Notes: a model not told the origin generated them from the sequence alone. Shown: positions 1-10,677, counted from the stretch's first letter. The stretch is DNA of 64,000 nt from Polyangiaceae bacterium (GCA_965222375.1 CBDCTZ010000013.1:160001-224000); one strand, 5' to 3'. Numbers and translations: made by a program.

Positions 1-1
1 G

Positions 2-100
2 ATGGGACGCTCCGCGGAGCCCGAAGAACTGCGCAACATGATCGAGGGCCGGGTACCCCAGCAGGTTCACCAGGCTGGCGCCGATCAGCGCTCCCGATGA
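2..100 (+). CDS. Possible 3' end of a CDS entering from the left edge
   Basis: Open frame ...RSAEPEELRNMIEGRVPQQVHQAGADQRSR* ends at TGA 98-100, 43 bp before the next ATG; too short to identify. Confidence 0.3.
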   Translation: MGRSAEPEELRNMIEGRVPQQVHQAGADQRSR

Positions 101-143
101 CTTCTGTTCCCCGCCGATTCCTGGTAGGAGAGCGGCCACCACT

Positions 144-1435
144 ATGGCTCGCCCCTCCTTCCTCTCCGCCTCTGCCGCCCTAGCTGTCTCGGTTTTCACC
201 TCCGCCGGATTGGCGCAATCCGAAGCGCCGGAGCCGCCGCCGCCCCTGGAGCCCTGGTATGACGCCGTGGAGCTCGGCGCCTTCGCTGATGCCTACTACA
301 ACGTGAACTGGGCGTTCCCGAAGCCCCACGACGGCAGCGGAGTACCCACCCGCTACTACGCGCGCCAAAACGGCTTCGGCCTGTCCTGGGTTGGCCTCGA
401 CGCCTCCTATGCGCCAGAGCCCGTAGGCGCGACGGTGAGCTTGAGGTTCGGGCCGACCGCGGAGAGCTACGCGGGCGACGACAACGGCAGCGCACTGCAG
501 AACATCAAGCAGGCCTTTGCTTCCTGGAGGCCTGCTGGCCCCGAAGGCATGCTGACCCTCGACTTCGGCAAGTTCGACACGATCTACGGAGCGGAGTCCG
601 CGGAAAGCTACAAAAACGCCACCTACACCCGAGGCGCCCTCTGGAACGCGCAGCCTCTGTTTCACACCGGCCTGCGCGCCACCGCAGATCTCATGCCGGA
701 GCTCACCCTCGCCGCCCTGGTAGTGAACGGGATCAACAACTCGCAAGACAACAACGTAGGCAAGACCTTCGGCGTTCAAGCCCAAGTTTTTCCGACGGAT
801 TGGTTCAGTTTCTCGGCCGGATGGCTCGGTGGTCCGGAGCAGGACGACAGCGTCACCACGAACTGTCCGGTCGGAACTGCGTTCGACCCCGCCGTGGGTA
901 CGTGTGCTGCCAGCGCAGGAGCACCCGGCGGGGAAGAAGTCGTCGATCGCGGCGGCGCCAACGATTTCGAGGCCTGGACCCACTTGTTGGATCTCGTCAT
1001 CGCAGCCGAGCCCACACCGCCTTGAGCCTACTGGCCAACCTCGACTATGGCACCACCGGCGTCCGAAGCTTGAATGCCACCACCCTCGAGACGGATATCG
1101 ACAATCAGAGCTGGTACGGCGGGATGCTCACGGCTCGCTACTCCCTGACGGAAGTCTTCGCGGTGGCCTTGCGAGGTGAATACCTCAAGGACGACAGCGG
1201 AACGGTCACGAGCTTCACGGCCGCTGGGGGCACCCTGGTCACCGACGTCGAGTTGGCCACGGCCACGCTGACCCTCGAGGCCATGCCGACGGAGAATCTG
1301 GTGTTTCGGCTCGAGAATCGAGGCGACTTCCTGCTGAGCGGCACGCCCGATACGGACATCTTCCGCAAGGAAGAGCGCAGCCGTGAAGACAAGCTGATGA
1401 CGACGACCCTAGGCGTCGTCGTCAAGACCCAGTGA
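144..1435 (+). pseudogene. Outer-membrane beta-barrel porin (DUF1597/porin-2-like), split by a frameshift near 1018 (real lesion or sequencing error)
   Basis: Signal peptide and motifs GAFADAYYNVN, DFGKFDTIYGAE, PLFHTGLRA lie in ORF 144..1025. The barrel continues in another frame (ALSLLANLDYG...ALRGEYLKD...RLENRGD...TTTLGVVVKTQ*) to 1435. Confidence 0.75.
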
Positions 1436-1508
1436 CGACTCGCTCGCCTTGCTTCGACGCATCACGCGGGCGCCCGTTCCAACAATCCCCACTGCCGCCC
1501 GCGCGTGG

Positions 1509-4500
1509 CTACTTGAGGGCTTCGACGGCGCGAACCACGTCGCCGTGCTTGCCTACGCGCTTCTTCATGGCGGCGACGTAGACCTTGGCGCGCTTCTCTT
1601 TCGCCCCAGCCAGCGCCCGCGCCGTCAGCACCCGAAGTAGAAGTGGCGACTGGTCCGGGAACAGTTCCAGCTGGCTGGCCTTGATCTTCGCCAGGGCTGT
1701 CCGACCGCTGCTGCCATCCACGAGGACCCGTAGCCAATTCGAAAGCGGCCCGAGCATGCTTGGATACTTCGCGATGAGCTCCCGGGCGGCCCTGTACTCC
1801 TTCTTCTCGACCAAGACGTACACGCGTTCGATCAGGACCGGCACCGTGGTCGTGCCCTTCATCGCCCGCTCGCTGGCCTTGAGAGCCTCGTCGAACTTGC
1901 CTTGGTAGCGGTACATTCGGGAAGCGCGCAAGGAGTACACGGCCCTCCCAGCGCCAGCGCCCCACTTCTTGACCATCCTGTCAGCGAGTTCTAGCTCTCC
2001 CAGGTCCAGGGCCGCATCCGCGGCTACCAGTTCACCCCAGGGCACGTGCGCATGAGCCATGGCCTCGATCTGCTCGGTGTTCGGATAGGCCGAACCGACC
2101 AGCACACCGGGGCCCGCGGCCAGCGCAGCGAAATCCGGGCGCTTGAGAGCCGCTTCCCCCATGGCCTCGGTAGCTGTCCGCATTTCTCCAGCATCCAGGG
2201 TTTCGTAGGCCAGCACCGCGCGAACGACCGCGACTTCACCAGACTTCGGGTCCAAGGCTTCGATTGCCTTCTTGGCCTCGTCCAAGCGGCCGCCCAACAG
2301 TGCAACCCGAGAGGCGAGCACTCGCGCTTGGGGATATAATGCCGAGAATTGCAGAGCGCGAAGAGCAGCCTTGCGGGCAAGTTTTTCGTTGCCGGCTTTG
2401 ATCGCCAAGAAGCCCAGCTGGGTCGCCATCGCGGGACCTACCGTAAGCCCGATCGCACTGTTGATGGCTTCGCTGGCCTGCTTGCCCTGTTCGGCATTGA
2501 TCGCGGTCAGGGCCTGAACGACGTAGGGCACGGAACGGAGTGAAAGAATGAGTTTTGGACGGTCCTCTTCCTTCAGCATGGCGTTCTTGGGAGGCTCTTT
2601 GGCTCGTTGAGGATCCACGGCCCAAGCCAGCGCAGAGAGCGCCCGCGCGTTGGGATTGTTCCCAAGCTTCTTGTTGGCACGAGCGACGAGAGGCTTGCCC
2701 TTCTCGACCCCAATTTCCAACAACACGGAGCGAGCCAACAGAATGTCCGCCAGCACTAACTTGTCATCCAAGTTACGCGCGGCCTCGTAGCGCTCGATGG
2801 CTCGCAGGTCCCCGGCACGCTCCAGCGCCGCGCCCGCGGTCAGCTGGTACATCGGATCTTTGCCCGCCTTCTTATCCCACTTGGGTAGAAGCGCTGCGGC
2901 GCCAGCCAGATCCCCCTCCACCAAGAACGACGCTATTTTGCCGTAAGCCGTTTCCTCGGGGGGCACTTCCACGGCCTTGGCTCGGTGCACCGCGGAATCG
3001 ATACCCACCGGATCCCCGGGTAGAACCAGAGCGCCCACGACGCGATTGGCCAGCCACAGCTTCGCGGCACGCTTGGAGCGGGAATCCAACTCGAAGATCC
3101 TGGCCAGTTTGTCGTCGGTCGCTCGGATGTCGTCGACGTTCGCACTGTGCAGCAGTGCTTCTACCTCATCCCCGAGGGAGGCCGCCTTGGCGATGCGCTC
3201 CTTCTGGACCATATTCGCGTAGTAGTAGGCACCACCACCAGCCGCGACGAAGAGCACCGTCGCTAGGATGAACACCCAGCTCCCGCGCGTACGAATGATG
3301 TGCGCCTTTTCCCAAGCAGGCGCCGCACCGCCTCCAGGCTCGTACACGCCGACCCGGGCCAAGTGCTGAAGGACGAGATCCGGCGGCGGGTTCACTTCAT
3401 CGGCGGCCGAAGCCGCAACCGGGGCGGCGTCGAAGGAGCCGGCTGCCGGCGGAGCCAGGCCGGGATGTTCCTCGACCGTGGGTGCCGGCGGCGGCAGCCC
3501 GGCGCCGGCACCGAAGGGTGACGGAGGCGGCGCTGCACCTGGGCCACTGCCGAAGGGCGACGATTGCGCCGCCACCGTCTCGACCGGTGCTGCGTATTCG
3601 GCAGGCGGGGCAGCGCGGGGCGGCGGCGCCGATGGTGGCGGCGGCACCGATGGCGGCATCTTGGCCGGCGGCGGCGCCGAAGGCGGCGGGAGCCGCCCCG
3701 CAGGAGCCGCGGCGGCTGGCGCAGGAACCGCCTCTGCAGCCATGGCCTTCTGGCGTGCCATCCACACGGCGTGACCGGGGCGGTTCTGCACCGTCGTCTC
3801 GTCGCCATCGTCCTCTTCGTAGGCTCCGCCACCTGTCGGGTCGGGCGCCTGGCGCTCGGCCGACACGCCCACCGCTGCCGGCACCTTGGCCGGCGGCGGC
3901 AGCCCGGCGGCCGGCGGCGGGCTGCTGGGAGGCAGCGGCGGAGGAACCGTTCGCGGCCGTGCAGGCGCAGCCGCCGAAGGCAGCGCGCCGGGGCTGCTCA
4001 CCCCAACCGGCGCAGCCTTGGGGATCGTAGGTGGCTCGGCGCCGGTCCATTTGGTAGCGGCGGCGGCAGGGCCGGGTCGCTGCGCCGGAACAGGCGAGCT
4101 GGGGCGCTGCGGCAACGTGCGAGCCACTTCGGCCGCGACCGCGGGTGCGCCCACGCGCTTTTGGAGCGCGACGTATACCAAAGCGCGGTCGTGCCAGAGT
4201 TTCGTTTCCGCGTCGTTGGAGCCGAGCTGCATGGAGCGAGAGAGCACCTTCTCTCCTCGAATGGCGTCACCGCGCCGCAGAAGTACTTCCCCCAGATAGC
4301 GAAACGGTCGCGCATCTCGGGCATCCGCCTTGCCGGCGTTGACGAGGGTGGCCTGCGCCTCCGAGAGCAATCCCGCCTCGAGGTACATCCGCCCGACCGC
4401 CAGCATCACGCTCGCGTCCCCCGCGTGCCACTGCTCGGCCCGCGCTCCGACCTCGCGCACGACGTCCTCGCGAGGTTCCTGCGATAGCTCGGTGCACAGG

Positions 4501-4565
4501 GCGAGGGTGGAATCCGCGGTGGGGTTGGACCGCCACGTCTCCAGGAGCTCTTGGAAAGCACCCAT
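1509..4565 (-). CDS. Large TPR-like protein with Pro/Ala-rich linker and one transmembrane helix
   Basis: Likely start MGAFQELL at 4565; TPR-like helices (YLGEVLLRRGDA), long Pro-rich linker, TM segment WVFILATVLFVAAGGGAYYY, Ala-rich helical C-terminal half. Confidence 0.75.
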   Translation of the reverse strand: MGAFQELLETWRSNPTADSTLALCTELSQEPREDVVREVGARAEQWHAGDASVMLAVGRMYLEAGLLSEAQATLVNAGKADARDARPFRYLGEVLLRRGDAIRGEKVLSRSMQLGSNDAETKLWHDRALVYVALQKRVGAPAVAAEVARTLPQRPSSPVPAQRPGPAAAATKWTGAEPPTIPKAAPVGVSSPGALPSAAAPARPRTVPPPLPPSSPPPAAGLPPPAKVPAAVGVSAERQAPDPTGGGAYEEDDGDETTVQNRPGHAVWMARQKAMAAEAVPAPAAAAPAGRLPPPSAPPPAKMPPSVPPPPSAPPPRAAPPAEYAAPVETVAAQSSPFGSGPGAAPPPSPFGAGAGLPPPAPTVEEHPGLAPPAAGSFDAAPVAASAADEVNPPPDLVLQHLARVGVYEPGGGAAPAWEKAHIIRTRGSWVFILATVLFVAAGGGAYYYANMVQKERIAKAASLGDEVEALLHSANVDDIRATDDKLARIFELDSRSKRAAKLWLANRVVGALVLPGDPVGIDSAVHRAKAVEVPPEETAYGKIASFLVEGDLAGAAALLPKWDKKAGKDPMYQLTAGAALERAGDLRAIERYEAARNLDDKLVLADILLARSVLLEIGVEKGKPLVARANKKLGNNPNARALSALAWAVDPQRAKEPPKNAMLKEEDRPKLILSLRSVPYVVQALTAINAEQGKQASEAINSAIGLTVGPAMATQLGFLAIKAGNEKLARKAALRALQFSALYPQARVLASRVALLGGRLDEAKKAIEALDPKSGEVAVVRAVLAYETLDAGEMRTATEAMGEAALKRPDFAALAAGPGVLVGSAYPNTEQIEAMAHAHVPWGELVAADAALDLGELELADRMVKKWGAGAGRAVYSLRASRMYRYQGKFDEALKASERAMKGTTTVPVLIERVYVLVEKKEYRAARELIAKYPSMLGPLSNWLRVLVDGSSGRTALAKIKASQLELFPDQSPLLLRVLTARALAGAKEKRAKVYVAAMKKRVGKHGDVVRAVEALK

Positions 4566-4785
4566 TGGCCCCGCAGGATAGTCACAGCCCCGTAAAAACT
4601 GAATGTTTTCCACGCCCCGGGGCGAAAATGCCTCACGCCCCAGCCCGCGACAGAAATCTTGGCCGACTGGCCCAGCTGCACTGCCGCCATTCTGGCTTCC
4701 AGGAGCGGCTTCAGACTGCGTGGGGCCGCCGAGGCCCGAGCCTTTGACTCGGCGCCCCGTGCGTGCGAAGTGCGCCCCATCCGAC

Positions 4786-6237
4786 ATGTGCGGCGTGTTT
4801 GGAATATTTGGTCACCCGGAGGCGGCGAACCTCACGTATCTGGGCCTCCACGCGTTGCAGCACCGGGGGCAGGAAAGCGCCGGCATCGTGGCCACGGACG
4901 GTGAACAGCTGTTCCTCCACCGCGGCATGGGGCATGTCATCGACGTGTTCCCCCCAGAGCAGCTGGAACGCCTGCCCGGACGCCATGCGATTGGGCACGT
5001 CCGCTACTCCACAGCGGGTGGCTCCTTCCTGAAGAACGCTCAACCCATCGCCGTGGACTACGCACGGGGATCCCTGGCCCTTGCCCACAACGGCAACCTG
5101 ACCAACTCCGACGCCTTGCGTGAAAAGCTGGAAGAACGCGGCAGCATCTTTCAAAGCGCGTCGGACACGGAAGTGATTGTGCACCTGACAGCGATCAGCA
5201 CGCAGCGACAGGTGGAGGACCGCATCGCGGACGCCTTGAAACAGGTGCAAGGCGCGTACTCCCTGATGTGCCTGACGGACCACTCCATGATCGCCGCCCG
5301 GGATCCCATGGGCATCCGACCTTTGTGCCTGGGCATCATGCCCGGGAAGAAGGACGCCTACGTGGTTGCCAGCGAACCCACGAGCTTCGACCTAATCGAC
5401 GCGGAATTCGTGCGCGACGTCGACCCAGGAGAAATGCTGATATTCGACGCTCGGGGCATGCGCAGCGTGCGCCCGTTCAAAGCCGCACCACGTCGCAACT
5501 GCATCTTCGAATACGTCTACTTCGCGCGCCCGGACTCGACCCTGGACGGAGTGAGCGTGTACGAAGCTCGTAAGAATCTCGGCCGCTCTTTGGCCCGCCA
5601 CCACGGCGTGGAAGCCGACCTGGTCATTCCCGTGCCCGACAGCGGCGTTCCCGCGACCATTGGCTTCGCCGAAGAGGCGGGCATCCCCTTCGAGATGGGG
5701 CTGGTGCGCAGCCACTATGTCGGACGCACCTTCATCGAGCCGCAACAGAGCATTCGCCACTTCGGGGTCCGCTTGAAGCTCAATCCCGTGGAGGGTTCGT
5801 TGCGTGGCAAACGCGTGGCCGTGATCGACGACAGCATCGTGCGTGGCACGACCAGCCGCAAGATCGTCAAGATGCTTAGGGACGCAGGCGCGAGAGAGGT
5901 TCATATGCGGATCTCCAGTCCGCCCACGCGTTGGCCTTGCTACTACGGAATCGACACGCCCACCCGGGGAGAGCTGATCGCGTCGAGCCACGACATCGAC
6001 GAGATCAACCAGTACATCACGAGCGATTCCCTCGACTATCTGACGCAGGGCGAAATGATCGAAGCCGTGGTGAAGACCCGCGGCAGCCGCGGGGATGCCT
6101 CGCGCAGCGGCGCACTGCCCGTGGCGCCGAGCGAGTCCGGCGATAGCAGCTTTTGTCATGCCTGCTTCAGTGGCGACTACCCTGTGCCCTTCCAACCCCA
6201 CCCGCGCCACCGTACTTCCAAGTTGGTGGAGAGCTGA
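4786..6237 (+). CDS. purF: Amidophosphoribosyltransferase
   Basis: N-terminal [33 protein letters not shown] motif [18 protein letters not shown]-terminal CHACF. Confidence 0.97.
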   Translation: MCGVFGIFGHPEAANLTYLGLHALQHRGQESAGIVATDGEQLFLHRGMGHVIDVFPPEQLERLPGRHAIGHVRYSTAGGSFLKNAQPIAVDYARGSLALAHNGNLTNSDALREKLEERGSIFQSASDTEVIVHLTAISTQRQVEDRIADALKQVQGAYSLMCLTDHSMIAARDPMGIRPLCLGIMPGKKDAYVVASEPTSFDLIDAEFVRDVDPGEMLIFDARGMRSVRPFKAAPRRNCIFEYVYFARPDSTLDGVSVYEARKNLGRSLARHHGVEADLVIPVPDSGVPATIGFAEEAGIPFEMGLVRSHYVGRTFIEPQQSIRHFGVRLKLNPVEGSLRGKRVAVIDDSIVRGTTSRKIVKMLRDAGAREVHMRISSPPTRWPCYYGIDTPTRGELIASSHDIDEINQYITSDSLDYLTQGEMIEAVVKTRGSRGDASRSGALPVAPSESGDSSFCHACFSGDYPVPFQPHPRHRTSKLVES

Positions 6238-6276
6238 GCAACGCCCAGCGCATGCCATAATGCGGTTCTCTCAACC

Positions 6277-7191
6277 ATGTTGACAAGCCTGCCAGACCGC
6301 GTTTCCGTGTATGAAGTCTCGCCCCGAGACGGACTTCAGAACGAGGCCGCGCCCATCCCGCTGGAGGCCAAAGTCCGGTTGGTGAAGGCTCTCATCGACG
6401 CGGGCCTTTCGCGCCTGGAGCTAACCAGCTTCGTTTCACCGCGCTGGGTCCCCCAGCTGGCGGACGCGGACGAACTCTGCCGGGCGGTTTCGCCGCCCGA
6501 CGGAGTCACCCTTTCCGCCTTGTGCCCGAACGCCAAAGGCTTCGAGCGCGCCAAGGCGGCCGGGCTCGAGGAGATCGCGGTGTTCATGAGCGCGAGCGAG
6601 ACGCACAACCGCAAGAACACGAATAAGAGCATCAAACAATCCCTATCCACCTTCGAGGAAGTCGTGCCGCCAGCGATCGCGGCGGGGATGCGGGTCCGCG
6701 CCTACGTTTCGACGATTTGGGGCTGCCCCTACGAAGGCGAGGTGGAGCCGGCGGTGGCGTTGGAGATCTCCAAGAAGCTGCTCGACTTGGGCTGCTACCA
6801 GGTGTCCTTAGGTGACACGATTGGCGTCGGCACGCCGCTGCAAACCCGACGCATTCTGGAACTCTTCTGCGCCGAGGTGCCCAAAGAAGCCATCGCGCTG
6901 CACTTCCACGACACCCGCGGCACCGCGCTATCCAACGCGCTGGTCGGTCTCGAACTCGGTCTGCGCGACTTCGACGCCTCCGTGGGAGGATTGGGTGGCT
7001 GCCCCTACGCCCCCGGCGCCGCTGGTAATCTCGCTACCGAAGACTTGGTGTACATGCTCCACGGCATGGGCGTAGAAACCGGCGTGGACCTGGAACGTCT
7101 CATCGAAGCGGGCCGCGTGGCAGAAGCCGTCGTCGGCCGTCGCCTTCCGGGCAAGGTGCACCTGGCCGGACTGCCCAAGGTCCGTTCTTAG
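6277..7191 (+). CDS. hmgL: Hydroxymethylglutaryl-CoA lyase
   Basis: EVSPRDGLQNE, SFVSPRWVPQ, SLGDTIG, HFHDTRG, GGLGGCPYAPGAAGNLATED. Confidence 0.93.
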   Translation: MLTSLPDRVSVYEVSPRDGLQNEAAPIPLEAKVRLVKALIDAGLSRLELTSFVSPRWVPQLADADELCRAVSPPDGVTLSALCPNAKGFERAKAAGLEEIAVFMSASETHNRKNTNKSIKQSLSTFEEVVPPAIAAGMRVRAYVSTIWGCPYEGEVEPAVALEISKKLLDLGCYQVSLGDTIGVGTPLQTRRILELFCAEVPKEAIALHFHDTRGTALSNALVGLELGLRDFDASVGGLGGCPYAPGAAGNLATEDLVYMLHGMGVETGVDLERLIEAGRVAEAVVGRRLPGKVHLAGLPKVRS

Positions 7192-7268
7192 TTTTTGGGG
7201 TTTGGGTCGCATCCCTTTGCGGCGCCGGGCCGCTACTCTCGCGCCGGGCCGAAACGCCCGCCTGGGCA

Positions 7269-7293
7269 ACTTATATGCACTATGCATATAAGT
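7269..7293. promoter_or_regulatory. AT-rich perfect palindrome (candidate protein-binding site or hairpin)
   Basis: ACTTATATGCA-cta-TGCATATAAGT: perfect 11-bp arms with a 3-nt spacer, between convergent genes. Confidence 0.5.
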
Positions 7294-7356
7294 CGATCCG
7301 AGAGGCTCGGGCGGGATCGAGCCAACGAGCGCAGTGCAATCCTGAGCCCAGCCTGC

Positions 7357-7567
7357 TCAATCGCCCGCGGCGCAAATGTGACGGGTGAAATACGAGGACC
7401 GGAAGCGCAGGCGTGCCAAGCGGACGGTCGAGATCTCCGGGCGCTAGTTGCCCGCGGCGCAAATGTGACGGGTGAAATACGAGAACCGAAAGCGCAGGGA
7501 TGCCAAGCAGACGGTCGAGATCTCCGAGCGCTAATTGCCCGCGGCGCAGACCAGACGGGTGAAGTAC
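7357..7567 (-). repeat. 87-bp tandem repeat (~2.4 copies) duplicating the 3' end of the adjacent minus-strand gene
   Basis: GCCCGCGGCGCA recurs at 7363, 7450 and 7537; stop codons at 7357, 7444 and 7531. Confidence 0.92.
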
Positions 7568-9123
7568 ACCTGCCAGGTGCCCGAGCGGCGGTCGTCGAAC
7601 AGAACGCCAACGTCTCCATCTGGCCCGAACGCGATGCTCGGGCCGACGCTCTCGGCAGCGTTCGTCGTGATGCGGCGCCGGGGCGTGAGGGGATCGAGGG
7701 TTTCGCTCAGCATCTGGGTGTACAGCTCGTAGTTGCCGTCAGCGTCGTCCGCCCACACCAAGAGCAAGCGGTCTCCCAGGGGCAAGATGGCCTGGGTCCG
7801 AGCGAAGTTGGCGCCTGAGGTCAGCTTCTTCTCCGGGACGATGATGTTGCCGGATTCGTCGACGGCAGCGCCCCAGATGGCGTCTCCGGGCAAGGTGTCA
7901 CGCTTGCCGAAGACCACGACGTAGCGATCGCGATTCCACACGATGCTGGGGTTGACCCCGTCATCGGAGGTCAGTTCGACCAGGGACTTAGGCGCGGTCA
8001 GATCTGGGCTGAGCACCCGGAATCCGATCTTGTGAATGAACCCCGTGGCGTCGGGCCCGGACATGTTGAAGGCGAGCCCTACGGTCTTCTGCCCTTCGGC
8101 GATGACCGGGAGCTCGGCGTTCCATGCTGGCAAGGTCAGCTGCTGGTTTTCCCCAATCAAGGCGCCATCGACACTGATGCGTTGGCCATAGATTCGATAG
8201 TCCGAAGGGCCGTTGCGTCGATCATCCCAGACCAACAAGAACTCCGAGCCATTCCAGACCACGTCCGGGTGGAGAGAAAACCCGTTGGCGTTCGTCACCC
8301 GCAGGTCCGGTGCCAGCTTCTTGCCGGCGGCGTCCATGCGGTTGAAGTAGATCTCGTAGTCGTTGTCTCGGCGGTCTTCCCAGGCCGTGCCGAACATCGC
8401 GCCCGTCCACTTGATCGGCCCAGTGAAGGTATCGTTGGGCACATTGGTGATGGGCTCAGTTCCGAAAGCGGTCGATCCGTCGGGGTTGAGCCCCTTCACG
8501 TAGGTGCGCCACGAGTCCTTCTGACCCGCATAAGCGGCAGCGTAGATCGAACCACTGTAGGCAACGCCCCCGTGGCCGGCCTGCAGCTGATCCGTCTGAG
8601 AAACGCGGATCGCTTCAGGGCCCGCAGGCTCGTAGCGAGCGTCGTTGTCGACGATGCCATCGCAATCGTTGTCCACGCCGTCGCAGACCTCCTGGGCGCC
8701 GGGGTAGGCCAAGGGGCTGGTGTCATCGCAATCGTCACCGCAAGAACCCGGCGCGCCGGCCGCAAACCCGGGTCGCGGCCCCTTGAAGCCGTCTTGATCT
8801 TGATCCAGGGCAAGCTGGCGATACACGCAGCTGCCGCTACTGGGATCGCAGGCGTCCTCGGTGCACTCGTCCGAGTCGTCACACTCCAGCGGCTGGGGCA
8901 GCGTGCAGCGCCCCTCAACACAGCGGCTGATAATGCACGGATTGAATTCGGCACACTCCTCGTCCTTTTCGCAGAACGCTGCGTCGAAGGGACCGTCCGC
9001 GTTCACGCCGGCATCACTGGGCAGCTTGAGCCCCGACTTGGCTCCACAACCGACGACGAGTTCTGGGAGCAACACGACGCCCAGCGCAACCACGCCGAGC
9101 GCCCGACACGTCTTTAGAAGCAT
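7531..9123 (-). CDS. Cys-rich lipoprotein with MopE-like metal-binding motif and repeat/propeller-like C-terminus
   Basis: Likely start MLLKTC at 9123, overlapping the upstream stop; lipobox-like VVGC; CDDTSPLAYPGAQEVCDGVDNDCDGIVD; repeated W-x-D-R-R...Y-E-I-Y units. Confidence 0.8.
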   Translation of the reverse strand: MLLKTCRALGVVALGVVLLPELVVGCGAKSGLKLPSDAGVNADGPFDAAFCEKDEECAEFNPCIISRCVEGRCTLPQPLECDDSDECTEDACDPSSGSCVYRQLALDQDQDGFKGPRPGFAAGAPGSCGDDCDDTSPLAYPGAQEVCDGVDNDCDGIVDNDARYEPAGPEAIRVSQTDQLQAGHGGVAYSGSIYAAAYAGQKDSWRTYVKGLNPDGSTAFGTEPITNVPNDTFTGPIKWTGAMFGTAWEDRRDNDYEIYFNRMDAAGKKLAPDLRVTNANGFSLHPDVVWNGSEFLLVWDDRRNGPSDYRIYGQRISVDGALIGENQQLTLPAWNAELPVIAEGQKTVGLAFNMSGPDATGFIHKIGFRVLSPDLTAPKSLVELTSDDGVNPSIVWNRDRYVVVFGKRDTLPGDAIWGAAVDESGNIIVPEKKLTSGANFARTQAILPLGDRLLLVWADDADGNYELYTQMLSETLDPLTPRRRITTNAAESVGPSIAFGPDGDVGVLFDDRRSGTWQVYFTRLVCAAGN

Positions 9124-9671
9124 CCGCCAATTCCCTCGACGTCTACGGGCACGCAGAAGAGCCCAGGCGGACAGGACGAGGCTCCCTCCAGCTTGCAGAT
9201 CTTGACGCATTGGGTTCCAAGCCCAGTAACGACGCAAACGAACCCCGCCGCGCACAGCTCACCGCCACAAGGCTGACCCTGGGTCTTCGTGCCTGCTGGG
9301 GCGCAGATGGTTCCGAATTGTTCTTGATCACACTTGTGTTGCGGATATTGCACGGTGGGGTAGCAGCCCTCACCTGGCCCACAGCCCGTCGGGTTGGCGA
9401 AGGGATCGCACTCTTCGATCTTGGGCGGCGGCGCAGCGTCCGGGCAACCGGGGTCGATATAGCCACCGGTACCGCCGATGCCGCCACCGGTACCGCCAGT
9501 GCCGCCACCGGTGCCGCCGAAGGCCGCGAACCCACCGAAGCCCCCATTCGCAGATGACCCACCAAAACCGACGATCCCGCCGGAACCGCCATCGGGTCGG
9601 TTGTCGCCTCCCACACTCCCGCCGCAGGCGAGGGCGGCCACCGCGGCCAGGCAAATCAGCTTGCGTCCCAT
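9114..9671 (-). CDS. Gly/Cys-rich lipoprotein
   Basis: MGRKLICLAAVAALAC lipobox, GGTGG linker, Cys-rich C-terminal domain. Confidence 0.75.
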   Translation of the reverse strand: MGRKLICLAAVAALACGGSVGGDNRPDGGSGGIVGFGGSSANGGFGGFAAFGGTGGGTGGTGGGIGGTGGYIDPGCPDAAPPPKIEECDPFANPTGCGPGEGCYPTVQYPQHKCDQEQFGTICAPAGTKTQGQPCGGELCAAGFVCVVTGLGTQCVKICKLEGASSCPPGLFCVPVDVEGIGGCF

Positions 9672-9888
9672 CGACCGCAGCATAGTCGGGTGGAGATCCA
9701 TGAGAAGACGAATCCGAAGACGCCCCGTCGGGCCAGCGTGGTGTGTCACGGCTGTGCCCGAAGCAACCTGTATGCCATGGAATTGTTGCGTATTTTTGCA
9801 GCAGGCGCGGCTCAGCGACAGCAAATGCACGTAACTCGGCCCGGGGACCGAGCCTGGCTGTGCCACTACGGCACATCTTCGCCATGCT

Positions 9889-10677
9889 ATGAGGCGCCGT
9901 ATGCGCGCCTCGCCGCTGCCGACGGTCCTAGCGCTTCAGCCCTGCGGAGCCTCCCAGGAGCAGCCCCTGCGACCCCAGCCTCAGCTGCGACGCGTCCCCA
10001 GCGCGCGGCACGTCAACGCCCGGCACGTCGCACGGGGGATAGCGCTGGCTGCGGCGATCGCCGGCATCGCGTTGAGTTGCGGCAGAACCGAAGAGCCACC
10101 GGGACGAACCGCAGTCGCCTCCCGGACTCCGGCCCCGGCTTCGGAGCTCCAAGCCACCCAGGTGAGTGGAAGCGGGTCGCCAGCCATCTCCGCGAAGCCG
10201 CCCCCCCGGCGCTGCATGATCCCGCTCCAAGACCGCCCCGCGCCAAAGGCCCGTCCCGCGGACCGCTGCCCCGAAGCAGCCAACCCCGGGCCTAATCTGC
10301 CGAAAGCGCAGGTCCGCTTCGTCGGCGCACCGGGGAAGCCCAGCGTCGAAGTGGAGGTCGCCGAGCATCCCGGTCACCGCGAACGCGGCCTGATGTTCCG
10401 CACCAAGATGGGCGCCGATCAAGGGATGATATTCAGCTGGCCCGGGGAGTCCCAGCGTAGCTTCTGGATGCGCAATACCTGCCTGCCGCTGGACATGCTC
10501 TTCATTGCTGCTGACGGGTACATTGTCGGTGCGCTGGAACAAGTACCGGTCATGAATGAGGCGCCACGCAGCATTCCGTGCCCGGCCATGCACGTGTTGG
10601 AGGTCAACGCTGGCTATCTGCGCAAGCACGGCGTCCGGCCCGGGCAATTGGTCGAGATCGTCCGCAAGAAAGGCTGA
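9889..10677 (+). CDS. DUF192 domain lipoprotein (start uncertain)
   Basis: VEVEVA...RERGLMFR...GMIF...FWMRNTCLPLDMLFI...VLEVNAG; lipobox-like IALSC. Confidence 0.85.
   Translation: MRRRMRASPLPTVLALQPCGASQEQPLRPQPQLRRVPSARHVNARHVARGIALAAAIAGIALSCGRTEEPPGRTAVASRTPAPASELQATQVSGSGSPAISAKPPPRRCMIPLQDRPAPKARPADRCPEAANPGPNLPKAQVRFVGAPGKPSVEVEVAEHPGHRERGLMFRTKMGADQGMIFSWPGESQRSFWMRNTCLPLDMLFIAADGYIVGALEQVPVMNEAPRSIPCPAMHVLEVNAGYLRKHGVRPGQLVEIVRKKG

Noticed and set aside
7266..7296. Palindrome as a dif site
   Set aside because: The spacer is 3 bp rather than 6 bp and there is no XerD-arm consensus.
7357..7567. Diversity-generating retroelement TR/VR pair
   Set aside because: Mismatches are not confined to adenines, the copies are directly tandem, and there is no reverse transcriptase in the window.
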